From: an uncultured Bacilli bacterium
GTDB lineage: Bacteria; Bacillota_I; Bacilli_A; RF39; UBA660
DNA: 64,000 bases
Direction: 5' to 3'
Assembly: GCA_910587775.1 (NCBI GenBank)
Contig: CAJUNF010000001.1
Span: forward strand, 34,770 to 98,769
In this document: piece by piece, positions 9,789-18,123 of the stretch
Layout: each line of letters begins with the position of its first letter
Position numbering within the stretch: the first letter of the stretch is position 1
The notes under the pieces: model-generated
Told to the model about the DNA's origin: nothing
The model's database searches: none
Seen by the model: only the letters and a program-made list of their open reading frames with translations
Made by a program: the position numbers and the translations under genes

Positions 9789-10504
9789 TACTTCTCAACC
9801 TCCTTTTTATATTTCTTAGAAAGATATTCTACTTTTTCTCCATTGTCTAATATAAAATAATTTTTAGGCCAATTCCATTCATGAACTCTTTGTCTATTTG
9901 TTATACAACTTCTATGTGTTTGAATAAACCTTTCATCTAGTAATGTCATAACATCATTTAAATTCATATTTAACTTAAAAATATTGCTATCAGTATGAAT
10001 CAGTACTTTTCTCTCTTCTTTATCTCTTGATATATAAGTTATAGCACGATAATAGATTTGTAAATCAATATTACGATTAGAAACGCAAAACATTTTATTA
10101 TCAAAGTTCTTTTTAAAAATCAGTTCAATATCTTTTTCTAATCTTCTTTCCATATTGTAAAATTTTTCTATAAAATTAAATACTTGATAAACACTGCGAT
10201 AGACTGTTTCAAACATCTTATCATGAGAAGTAATAAATATTATTTCACTTTCCCAATCTTTTTCACGAATCATTTTTGCTATTTCTATCCCACTAGTTTT
10301 GGTTTCTAATTCTATATCCATAATATACACTTTTCTACAAGAATTGTCATCAATTATTTTCTTTAAATCTTTTGAGTACTTTGTAAAATATTTCACATTT
10401 ATGGTGTTATTTTTACTAATTACGACTCTTCTTAAAACATCTTTTATTGTTTCTTGTGTCTTTGGATCATCTTCTACCACAACAAAACTTATCAAACTCC
10501 TCAT
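9788..10504 (-). CDS. agrA: AgrA-like response regulator with a LytTR DNA-binding domain
   Basis: The receiver domain FVVVEDDPKTQETIKDVL parallels AgrA IFICEDDPKQREN. The C-terminal LytTR domain reads (...ITYISRDKEERKVLIHTDSNIFKL...FIQTHRSCITN...). The start is ambiguous: TTG at 10570, ATG at 10558, or ATG at 10504, which is chosen by alignment to AgrA N-termini. Confidence 0.7.
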   Translation of the reverse strand: MRSLISFVVVEDDPKTQETIKDVLRRVVISKNNTINVKYFTKYSKDLKKIIDDNSCRKVYIMDIELETKTSGIEIAKMIREKDWESEIIFITSHDKMFETVYRSVYQVFNFIEKFYNMERRLEKDIELIFKKNFDNKMFCVSNRNIDLQIYYRAITYISRDKEERKVLIHTDSNIFKLNMNLNDVMTLLDERFIQTHRSCITNRQRVHEWNWPKNYFILDNGEKVEYLSKKYKKEVEK

Positions 10505-10574
10505 CCTTTCTTTTTGTTTACTAATTGCAATTATATCATAAAAATTAAGATAATCCATAAAAAAACACAATTTA

Positions 10575-11186
10575 TTAGAAATTGTGTCGAAGAAACATTT
10601 TTATTAAGTATTGATCATAGTCTTCGTAATACAAGACTCTTTTTTTTACCATTATTTCAATTTTTTGTGATATATATGGGATAGTTTTTATAGATCCAAT
10701 ACATATTATCTTTTTTATTTTAGGATATTTTTCTATTATTCTTTGAATATTTTCTTCAATAGAATATTCATTTTCTTTCTGCCATAAAATTGTTTTCTTA
10801 TTTTTTTCATTTAAGAAAGTAATGTAAGCATAATTATCAAATATATTCACCCATATTGTATTTTTCTTACCCTGATATAAATTCACTTCTTTGAAAAATC
10901 TAACTTCACTTACCAAAAAATCTTCTAATGTAATTTGTATAATCTCTTTATCAATTTCTTCAAATGTTGGAGGAGTTAAAAAATATATTATATTTCGATA
11001 AAATTTTTTTAATATTTTTTCTTTTTTAAAAAATTTGTTTAACTCATTTTGAAATTTTGGTCGATGAATAACTTTTCCAAATTTTATTATTTTCGAATCT
11101 ATTTTCCAAGAAAAATATTTAGCTTCTTTTTTTTGATAACAAATGATTTCTTTATCAGTTAGATACATAATGAGTTCGTTTTTCAC
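10575..11186 (-). CDS. hypothetical protein, 4 nt upstream of agrA in the same orientation
   Basis: 203-aa Lys/Ile-rich ORF. No motif was recognised. Confidence 0.4.
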   Translation of the reverse strand: MKNELIMYLTDKEIICYQKKEAKYFSWKIDSKIIKFGKVIHRPKFQNELNKFFKKEKILKKFYRNIIYFLTPPTFEEIDKEIIQITLEDFLVSEVRFFKEVNLYQGKKNTIWVNIFDNYAYITFLNEKNKKTILWQKENEYSIEENIQRIIEKYPKIKKIICIGSIKTIPYISQKIEIMVKKRVLYYEDYDQYLIKMFLRHNF

Positions 11187-11209
11187 TCTTGCACCTATAG
11201 AAAATTTAA

Positions 11210-11860
11210 TTATTTATTTAAATCTTCTAAATTCATTTCAAAGAAATCGATTGGATTTACTAAGGTACCATTGATATAAACTTCAAATAGTAAGCAATTT
11301 TGTTTTTCATTCTCTAAAGAATTTGATCCACTTAAACCAATAATATCATTTGTTTTTACATTCATTCCTTTGGTTACTTTAACTTCACTTAAACTATAAT
11401 AGATTACTGTTACGTTCGTATTATATTCTATTGTTACAACAGAACCTAGTATTTCATCATCTTTAATCTCTTTTACTACACCATCAACACTTGCTAGTAC
11501 TTCAAATTGTTCATCACTACTATATAAAACTCCTGTATTTTGCATGTATGTATTTTGATAGTATATTAAAGATTTTTGTTGAAGTTCTTCTGTATCCTCT
11601 TGTTTATAGAATGATTTACTAATAGTTACGCCATCCTTCGTAAATGGAATAATAGGTTTTTCTGGGGTAGGACTAATAACTGTTATGTCACTATTTTCTT
11701 TATTATCTACATTAACTGTAACAGAATGATTGTTATCATCTACCTGTGGTGCTTTAAAATTTAAACTATTATTTAAAAAATATACTGTTAGAAATACACA
11801 AAAAACTACTAATCCATAAATACTTGGTAATACAAACTTTTTTAACTTTCTTCTTTTCAT
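11210..11860 (-). CDS. SpoIIQ-like membrane protein with a degenerate (non-catalytic) LytM/M23 domain
   Basis: An N-terminal TM helix, then an M23 fold. The HxxxD site reads IEYN (His replaced by Tyr). The HxH motif reads LLFEV in place of HLHFE. The domain ends with the typical INGTLVNP. It lies directly downstream of spoIID, as in Clostridia. Confidence 0.55.
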   Translation of the reverse strand: MKRRKLKKFVLPSIYGLVVFCVFLTVYFLNNSLNFKAPQVDDNNHSVTVNVDNKENSDITVISPTPEKPIIPFTKDGVTISKSFYKQEDTEELQQKSLIYYQNTYMQNTGVLYSSDEQFEVLASVDGVVKEIKDDEILGSVVTIEYNTNVTVIYYSLSEVKVTKGMNVKTNDIIGLSGSNSLENEKQNCLLFEVYINGTLVNPIDFFEMNLEDLNK

Positions 11861-11911
11861 GATCTCACCTTTCCTATTCCTAGTTTGACCATGAATACCA
11901 ATTTTATACAG

Positions 11912-12853
11912 TTATATTTTTGAAAATTCTATATTTTGATAATAATGTGTTAAAATTTCATGATATGTTTTTCCTTCTTTGGCCATACCATTTGCTCCAT
12001 ATTGACTCATTCCTACTCCATGACCATTTCCTCTTGTAGTTATTTTTACGTTTTCCATTAATTCAATGTCAAAATCAGTAGAACGTAAGGATAACTTTTT
12101 TCTTACTTCTGTTCCTTTTAATAATTTATCATTTATTTTTATTGTATTTATACGACCTGAGCTGGTACGATTTATATCACTTATAGAAATTTCTTCACAA
12201 GAAATGTTTAGTAATTCACAAAACTCTTCTTTTGAAAATTCTTTTGTTACTTGATAGTTATTTAAAGTTTCATTATCCCAACTAGAATCAACAGAACTTA
12301 AATATGGTAAAGATTCCTGAAAGACTAATTCACAATTTTCTGTTTGACCATTACTCATAGAAAAATAAAATGATTCAATTACTTTTCCTTCATAAGTCAT
12401 GACTAATCCTCTAGTATCATTTACGGCATTTTTAACTTTTTCATAATTTTCTTGATAAGCATTTTCCCATTTTTTTTGCATTTGTTCTATAGTATTATAT
12501 GCTTGATCGGCAACTCCTATTATGACATCATAATCTAAGTTTTGATGTTCCATTTTATAACTTGCAAATGTTCTTGCTGCAATTGCTTGAGCTTTTAGCG
12601 CTTCTATTTCGAAAGAAGCAGGCATTTCTGCTGCTACAACTCCCAAGATATAATCTTCTAGTGGCATGTTAGTGATTTTAGTGGTAGATGGGTCATACAC
12701 ACGAATTGTAGAATCTATATATTCTTCTTTTGGCTTTTCTTGATCATTTTTTGGAAGATCAAAAGAAAAGTTAGTTTTATTTTTTAAACTAACTTCTATC
12801 ATTAAAATTATGCTTAATACTATTATCACTACAATAAGAATTTTATTTTTCAT
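11912..12853 (-). CDS. spoIID: stage II sporulation protein D / SpoIID-LytB family lytic transglycosylase
   Basis: YILGVVAAEMPASFEIEALKAQAIAARTFA matches the SpoIID signature (E-x-P-x-S-x-x-x-EALKAQAVAAR-TYA). There is an N-terminal TM helix. Confidence 0.8.
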   Translation of the reverse strand: MKNKILIVVIIVLSIILMIEVSLKNKTNFSFDLPKNDQEKPKEEYIDSTIRVYDPSTTKITNMPLEDYILGVVAAEMPASFEIEALKAQAIAARTFASYKMEHQNLDYDVIIGVADQAYNTIEQMQKKWENAYQENYEKVKNAVNDTRGLVMTYEGKVIESFYFSMSNGQTENCELVFQESLPYLSSVDSSWDNETLNNYQVTKEFSKEEFCELLNISCEEISISDINRTSSGRINTIKINDKLLKGTEVRKKLSLRSTDFDIELMENVKITTRGNGHGVGMSQYGANGMAKEGKTYHEILTHYYQNIEFSKI

Positions 12854-12862
12854 ATGAGCTCC

Positions 12863-13078
12863 TTAAATAATACGGCATGTATTTAAAAAATCTAATGTAA
12901 AATTGGTAAGAAGATATCCCATAACAATACTTAGTATTATTACCAAGATTCTAGCTTCCCAAATTTTATTTTTTTTCATCCATTTATCAAAATTTACTCC
13001 TGTTAAAGAATATGCACAAAGCATTACAAAAAAGACATATAAATAAACTTTAATATTCACGTTCATCCATACTTTCAT
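12863..13078 (-). CDS. possible small membrane protein (71 aa); weakly supported
   Basis: The only support is an ORF with two hydrophobic helices. It overlaps the rpiB start by 29 nt. Confidence 0.25.
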   Translation of the reverse strand: MKVWMNVNIKVYLYVFFVMLCAYSLTGVNFDKWMKKNKIWEARILVIILSIVMGYLLTNFTLDFLNTCRII

Positions 13079-13502
13079 AAAAAGCTATTTTATTAATTCT
13101 TTTTAGGTGACGTTCTTCTGAGGCAGGTTTAGTGCTTATAAACATGTCTACAATTTCTTTAGCTGCTTCATCACTTAATCCTCCTAAAGCGATTACATTA
13201 GCTCCATTATGATTTTTAGCTTTAAATGCATCATCGTTATTGATTACTCTAGCACAACGTATTCCTTTTACTTTATTTGCTGCAATACTAATTCCTATTC
13301 CATTACCACAAATTAATATTCCTAAGGCTCCTTCTTCTTTTAATACTTTTTCACAAACATCAAAAGCAAAATCTGGATAATCATCTAAACTATGATTTGG
13401 TAATGAGGAAACTTCTACTTCTAATCCTTCTTTTATTAAATAATCTTCTAATACGTTTCTTAACTCTACACCTTGATGATCTGCTCCAATTATAATTTTC
13501 AT
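13050..13502 (-). CDS. rpiB: ribose-5-phosphate isomerase B (RpiB/LacAB family)
   Basis: MKIIIGADHQGVELRN...CGNGIGISIAANKVKGIRCA...NVIALGG is the canonical RpiB. Confidence 0.85.
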   Translation of the reverse strand: MKIIIGADHQGVELRNVLEDYLIKEGLEVEVSSLPNHSLDDYPDFAFDVCEKVLKEEGALGILICGNGIGISIAANKVKGIRCARVINNDDAFKAKNHNGANVIALGGLSDEAAKEIVDMFISTKPASEERHLKRINKIAFYESMDEREY

Positions 13503-14515
13503 TCTTCAAATTTCCTTTCTTCTGCTTCTTTAAATATTGGCAATAATCCTGTGTTATTTTTTCGATGTGGTGGTAAACCATAAATATCATGTCCAGGAAA
13601 TTCATTTGCTTCTATGAAAAAGCATTTTTCTTTCCCAACGCAAACATCCCATCCAACATAACCAACTTGAGGAATTTCAAGTGAAGCATTTTCACATAAT
13701 TCGATTATTTCTTCAAACCTTGGTATTTCTAATCCTACAATTGTTTTTTTTGTTAATGGATGAGATTCATAAAGGTTTCCTGATTTATCAATCGCTGGAT
13801 ATATGATTTTTCCACTTTTTAACTCAACAGGCACAACCATTCCACCATGATTAAAATTATCTACAGTATTATGATTATTTCCTATTCTTAAGTAACATGC
13901 TACTACACTTCCTAATAAAGTTACTACTCGTAATGTGTTAATACTATCCGGATGAAGATCACTTATTTTTTTACACTGGATTGCAACCTCTTCAATTAAA
14001 GTTTGGTTATTCTCCATTAGTTCTTCATATAAATCTTTTAATTTTCGATTTGAAACGTCTATTTTTTCAATATCTTTACCACATTGTGCTCCAACTGGTT
14101 TTACAATAATATTGTTATGTTTTAAACAAAAGTTGGCAAATTCGTTTTTATTTTTTCCATTTAAATAAAGCCATTCTCGATTTAAATATTTATCAAATTG
14201 TTTATTAAATTCTACTTTATTATGAAATACATGAATAAATTTTGGATCATTATATTTCACCATAAAAGAATTATTTATTCCTCTTGTAATTATAGTTTTT
14301 CTTTCAAAATTGTTCATATTATACATTTCAAATAATGCATAGTCCATATATCCAGCTTGATACTTAAATCCACAATTTATCATATCAATAAAGATAATAA
14401 ACCGACTTTTTTTTGTTTTTTGATGAACTTCATTAATTACTCGAAAAAAAGAGCTAAAGTCCATATTAATAATACGTTTTATTATATATTTTATTTTTGC
14501 CATATAAATCTCCAA
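13499..14515 (-). CDS. sugar-transfer-associated ATP-grasp family protein (ATPgrasp_ST-like)
   Basis: The C-terminal region reads RIGNNHNTVDNFNHGGMVVPVELKSGKI...HPLTKKTIVGLEIP...VGYVGWDVCVGKEKCFFIEANEFPG. This matches the conserved ATP-grasp_ST pattern. Confidence 0.5.
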   Translation of the reverse strand: MEIYMAKIKYIIKRIINMDFSSFFRVINEVHQKTKKSRFIIFIDMINCGFKYQAGYMDYALFEMYNMNNFERKTIITRGINNSFMVKYNDPKFIHVFHNKVEFNKQFDKYLNREWLYLNGKNKNEFANFCLKHNNIIVKPVGAQCGKDIEKIDVSNRKLKDLYEELMENNQTLIEEVAIQCKKISDLHPDSINTLRVVTLLGSVVACYLRIGNNHNTVDNFNHGGMVVPVELKSGKIIYPAIDKSGNLYESHPLTKKTIVGLEIPRFEEIIELCENASLEIPQVGYVGWDVCVGKEKCFFIEANEFPGHDIYGLPPHRKNNTGLLPIFKEAEERKFEE

Positions 14516-14565
14516 TAATATTATATCACGATCTTAGCTTTCTTGAAATATAGTGTTTATCAAAT

Positions 14566-14595
14566 AAAAAAAGCTTATGCAGCTTTTTGGTTTAA
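14566..14595. terminator. bidirectional terminator overlapping the rpmE stop
   Basis: AAAAAGCT, a TATGC loop, then AGCTTTTT. This is an 8-bp stem flanked by an A-run and a T-run. Confidence 0.45.
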
Positions 14596-14787
14596 ATTAT
14601 ATTTACGGTTAAACTTTTCAATATTACCAGTTCTCTTGGCATTTCCTTGTTTTCCTGTATAGAATGGATGACATTCGCTACAAATTTCTACATCAATCTT
14701 TTCTTTTGTAGACATAGTTTTAAAAGATGCTCCACAAGCACATTTTACTTCGATTTCTTTCATTTCAGGATGAATGTTTGCTCTCAT
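14575..14787 (-). CDS. rpmE: 50S ribosomal protein L31
   Basis: MRANIHPEMKEIEVKCACGASFKTMSTKEKIDVEICSECHPFYTGKQ carries the CxxC...CxxH zinc ribbon of L31. The start is set at ATG 14787, which has an AAAGGAG RBS 8 nt upstream, rather than the longest ORF. Confidence 0.85.
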   Translation of the reverse strand: MRANIHPEMKEIEVKCACGASFKTMSTKEKIDVEICSECHPFYTGKQGNAKRTGNIEKFNRKYNLNQKAA

Positions 14788-14967
14788 AATCAATCTCCTT
14801 TCGCCATACCTAAATTTAGGCATAGTAATTTCATTTCTAATGTATTATATCATAGATTCTCTTGGTTGCAAGTGAAAAAACTACTATTTTAATTATATGT
14901 TGCATTAATTTTTTAAATACATTAAAAATGTTTTTTAAGCAAATTTATTTATTGTAAAGTTTTTTAC

Positions 14968-15477
14968 TTATTTTATATGTAATATATGCTTTATTTTTCC
15001 AGCAAAAAAAACTAAACTATCACTCTTTTTCATAGCGATTTGTTTACCAACTGCCTTTCCCCCAACTGTTAATGCTGAAATTAATGAAGTTACTAATACT
15101 GTGATCCATATCGCATTTGCATTTAATTTTAACGTAATATAAGCTGTTAACACTGCTCCCAGAGATCCACTTACAATTCCACAAATATCTCCTATTACAT
15201 CATTACAAACACTTGAAACAACATTTCCATTTCTTAATAAAGAAATAGATTCTTTTGCACCAGGTATTTTTTTGGCAGACATGGCATGAAATGTCGCTTC
15301 TTTACTTGTTAGTGCTGCAACTCCTATCATATCGAATAGAATTCCTATTAAAATAACTATAATCATAATCATTAATAGTATAAAAACATTCATATCACTA
15401 CAAAAGCTAGTTAAAGCACTAAAAATTGCTGCTAAGAAAAAAGATAAGAAAAAAACCTTTAATGGCCAAAATTTCAT
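14968..15477 (-). CDS. oapA: small four-TM membrane protein with a DxxxD motif; candidate OLE-associated protein A (OapA)
   Basis: 169 aa with about four hydrophobic helices. The motif NDVIGDICG (D-x-x-x-D) lies in a membrane segment. The RBS AAAAGGAG is 7 nt upstream. It is immediately downstream of a ~530-nt structured, higher-GC noncoding region that has its own promoter. Confidence 0.5.
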   Translation of the reverse strand: MKFWPLKVFFLSFFLAAIFSALTSFCSDMNVFILLMIMIIVILIGILFDMIGVAALTSKEATFHAMSAKKIPGAKESISLLRNGNVVSSVCNDVIGDICGIVSGSLGAVLTAYITLKLNANAIWITVLVTSLISALTVGGKAVGKQIAMKKSDSLVFFAGKIKHILHIK

Positions 15478-15499
15478 AATACACTCCTTTTAACATTTT

Positions 15500-16028
15500 A
15501 CCATGAAAAAAGATTCTTTTTAAGAACCTTTTTAAGCTACAATGGTTTTTGTTGTGGTAAATTATAAATTAATTTTACGGCTTAGGTCGAGTTGAATTTC
15601 TCTACTTTCTACCTTTGGTTACCCGAGGGCGATTTCTCTTTCAAGAAAGCAACTAAGTGTTACCATCTTAATTACTCGATTACCACTGAGTCCGCACTTT
15701 AATCCTTATAATTATAACATTCTAGAGGTTTTCCCTGACACTCACTATCCAATAATTATTCGCTTTTGCAAATACGATTTTGATAACCATCTAATTTTAG
15801 ATTCATTCGTTATCTCCCACGCATTCACTCACGACATGCACTTTTTTTATTTCTTGCGGGATTTCAGGAGGTTCATTATATGCCATTATAACTTTCCTAA
15901 AATCTTAAATTATATAACCGCCCCAACTTGGGCAGAAGAAGCGAATTATATAAAGTGCTTTCATGCAATTAGTAGATTTTTAGCCCTACCTTCATATTGT
16001 GTGTGTGACTAGAATAATGCACCACATG
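15500..16028 (-). ncRNA. ole: large structured noncoding RNA candidate (OLE-like RNA), about 530 nt
   Basis: No ORF on either strand. GC is visibly higher than the surroundings. It has a consensus sigma-A promoter (TTGACA-17-TATAAT). It lies directly upstream of, and is co-oriented with, the DxxxD membrane protein. It shows no tmRNA features (no GGGG start, no CCA end), no RNase P P4 motif (GGAAAGUCC) and no T-box features. Confidence 0.4.
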
Positions 16029-16029
16029 G

Positions 16030-16064
16030 TTAAGGATTATACACTATTTTTGCGTATTTGTCAA
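16030..16064 (-). promoter_or_regulatory. consensus sigma-A promoter driving the noncoding region and oapA
   Basis: Minus-strand TTGACA (16064-16059), a 17-nt spacer, then TATAAT (16041-16036). Confidence 0.55.
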
Positions 16065-16080
16065 ATTTGCCAGTTTTTTT

Positions 16081-16764
16081 CTAGTTATTAATTGTTGCTA
16101 GAATTCTATTTGATATTTCTTTATGACCTTTGTAATTTAAATAATAACTGTTGTTTAAAAGAAAAAATTGTGGATTTTCTATCAAGTTTTCTGTATCAAT
16201 ATAAATTATATGATATTTTGTAGCTATACTTTTTAAATGAGAATTAATACTATTTAATTCTTCATCTGTAATATTATATGCTTTGTAAAGTCCTAATAAA
16301 TATATTTTTTTATCATTAAAATTGCGAATTAGTTTTAGCATATGTTCTATATCTTTTTTATAATCTTCAATTTCTTTTGTCGGAATATTGGCTTTTAGAG
16401 ACATATTGGCTAATTCATCTAATCCAATCCCAATTGTAATAATAGAAGATTTAGATAACGCTTGTTGTATTGTAAGGTTTGCTTCTTCTAATAAATAATT
16501 ATTTTCTATGGTTGTAATTAAGTTTTCAATAGTTTGATCCGTTTTAGAAAAACCAGAAATATATTTTTCTAATTTATGTTCTGATTCTAAATAGTCTCTT
16601 ATGTAATCGTTATAGCTATATCCTTCTACATTATAAGCTGTCATACCTGTTGCAATTCCATCACCAAGTGATAAAAAGTAAATGTTTTTATTTTCATTTT
16701 GTTGATAAATATAGAATGTTATTAAAATTCCAACTAATATAATTAGAAATATCTTTTTTTTCAT
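16081..16764 (-). CDS. SGNH/GDSL-like hydrolase with an N-terminal membrane anchor
   Basis: 227 aa. An N-terminal TM helix is followed by FLSLGDGIATG, a GDS-type block I. Confidence 0.5.
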   Translation of the reverse strand: MKKKIFLIILVGILITFYIYQQNENKNIYFLSLGDGIATGMTAYNVEGYSYNDYIRDYLESEHKLEKYISGFSKTDQTIENLITTIENNYLLEEANLTIQQALSKSSIITIGIGLDELANMSLKANIPTKEIEDYKKDIEHMLKLIRNFNDKKIYLLGLYKAYNITDEELNSINSHLKSIATKYHIIYIDTENLIENPQFFLLNNSYYLNYKGHKEISNRILATINN

Positions 16765-16799
16765 ATTTCCCCCAAAAGAAAAGTAGAGACTCTTCTCTA

Positions 16800-18056
16800 C
16801 TAATTTATGTCATGTAATTCGATTTTAGCACCCACATTTGTTAACTTTTCTACTATTTTCTCGTATCCCCTTAAGATATGATCAGCGTCATTTATAATTG
16901 TATTACCTTCTGCAATTAATCCTGCAATTACTAAAGATGCACCAGCTCTAAGATCAGATGCTACTACTGTTTGCCCATGTAAATTTGTTGGGCCATTTAT
17001 GTATATAGTTTGTTCTTTAACTGTCATATCTGCTCCCATTTTATTTAAATATGGAACATGTCCCATACGATTTTCATATATTGTTTCTTCAAAAATAGAA
17101 GTACCATTACATTGTGATAATAATACACTCATAGGTTGACCCCAGTCCGTTACAAAACCAGGAAACACTAATGTTTTTACATTAATTGCTTTTAAAGATT
17201 CATGACCATGGATTGTAATTTCATTATCTTTTATATCCATTTGTACTCCAGAAGCTATTAATTTTGATAATAAAGCATCTAAATGTTCTTTTACAATATT
17301 AGTGATTTTAAGTTCTTTTCCAATTAGAGATCCTAATATTAAATAAGTTCCTGCTTCAATACGATCAGGTAAAACTTCAATTTCTGCTTTGTGTAAATAA
17401 TCTACACCATCAATTATAATTTTATCTGTTCCAGCTCCAGTAATTTTGGCTCCCATATTATTTAAAAAATTAGCAACGTTTATAATATCTGGCTCTTTAG
17501 CTGCATTTTCAATAATAGTTCTTCCTTTTGCTTTAGTTGCGGCAAGCATTATATTAATTGTTGCTCCAACACTTGCAAAATCAAGAGGAATTGTTGCACC
17601 TTTTAATTCTTCGGCATGTAATACGTATTTATCATCTACTTCTTCAATTGTTGCACCTAATAATTGAAATCCTTTTAGGTGAAAATCGATTTTTCTATTC
17701 CCAATATTACACCCACCAGGAAAATAAATTTCAACATGTTTTTTTCTTCCTAAAAGGGCTCCCATAAAATAATAACTTGCACGTAATTTACTAGATAGTG
17801 ATTCAGGTATTGTTGCATTTTCAATTTGAGAAGTATCAATTTCTAAAGTCGATCCATTTTCTGAAACTTTTCCATTTAATAGTTTTATTATCTCTACTAA
17901 AGCAGATTTGTCTGATATATTTGGGACATTTGTAATAGTTAGTTGTTCATCACATAAAATACTTGCGGGTATTAAGGCAACTGCAGCATTTTTCATTCCA
18001 GAAATAGCAATAGTACCAGAAAGAGTGTTTCCCCCTTCAATTTTAATTTGTTTCAT
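16800..18056 (-). CDS. murA: UDP-N-acetylglucosamine 1-carboxyvinyltransferase
   Basis: MKQIKIEGGNTLSGTIAISGMKNAAVALIPASIL... shows full-length MurA architecture at 418 aa. Confidence 0.9.
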   Translation of the reverse strand: MKQIKIEGGNTLSGTIAISGMKNAAVALIPASILCDEQLTITNVPNISDKSALVEIIKLLNGKVSENGSTLEIDTSQIENATIPESLSSKLRASYYFMGALLGRKKHVEIYFPGGCNIGNRKIDFHLKGFQLLGATIEEVDDKYVLHAEELKGATIPLDFASVGATINIMLAATKAKGRTIIENAAKEPDIINVANFLNNMGAKITGAGTDKIIIDGVDYLHKAEIEVLPDRIEAGTYLILGSLIGKELKITNIVKEHLDALLSKLIASGVQMDIKDNEITIHGHESLKAINVKTLVFPGFVTDWGQPMSVLLSQCNGTSIFEETIYENRMGHVPYLNKMGADMTVKEQTIYINGPTNLHGQTVVASDLRAGASLVIAGLIAEGNTIINDADHILRGYEKIVEKLTNVGAKIELHDIN

Positions 18057-18123
18057 TTAAACTCACCTCGTTTATTCCTTTTTAATATATAAAAATAGAT
18101 TCATTTTGTAAAGCTTTTTCCCT

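Noticed and set aside
10505-10570. AgrA-like regulator starting at TTG 10570 or ATG 10558 (MCFFMDYLNF...)
   Set aside because: Neither start has an RBS, and the extra 22 residues precede the conserved receiver strand (FVVVEDD). ATG 10504 was chosen, although its RBS is also poor, so the start remains uncertain.
13390-13605. 71-aa minus-strand ORF overlapping the rpiB / ATP-grasp junction
   Set aside because: It lies out of frame inside two well-supported genes and is basic and low-complexity. It is spurious.
15500-16028. The GC-rich noncoding block interpreted as tmRNA, RNase P RNA, 6S RNA or a T-box leader
   Set aside because: The transcript would start ACCAUGUGG..., not GGGG, and has no tRNA-like CCA 3' end. 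There is no GGAAAGUCC P4 motif. There is no GGUGGNACCGCG T-box sequence. 530 nt is far too long for 6S or a simple riboswitch.
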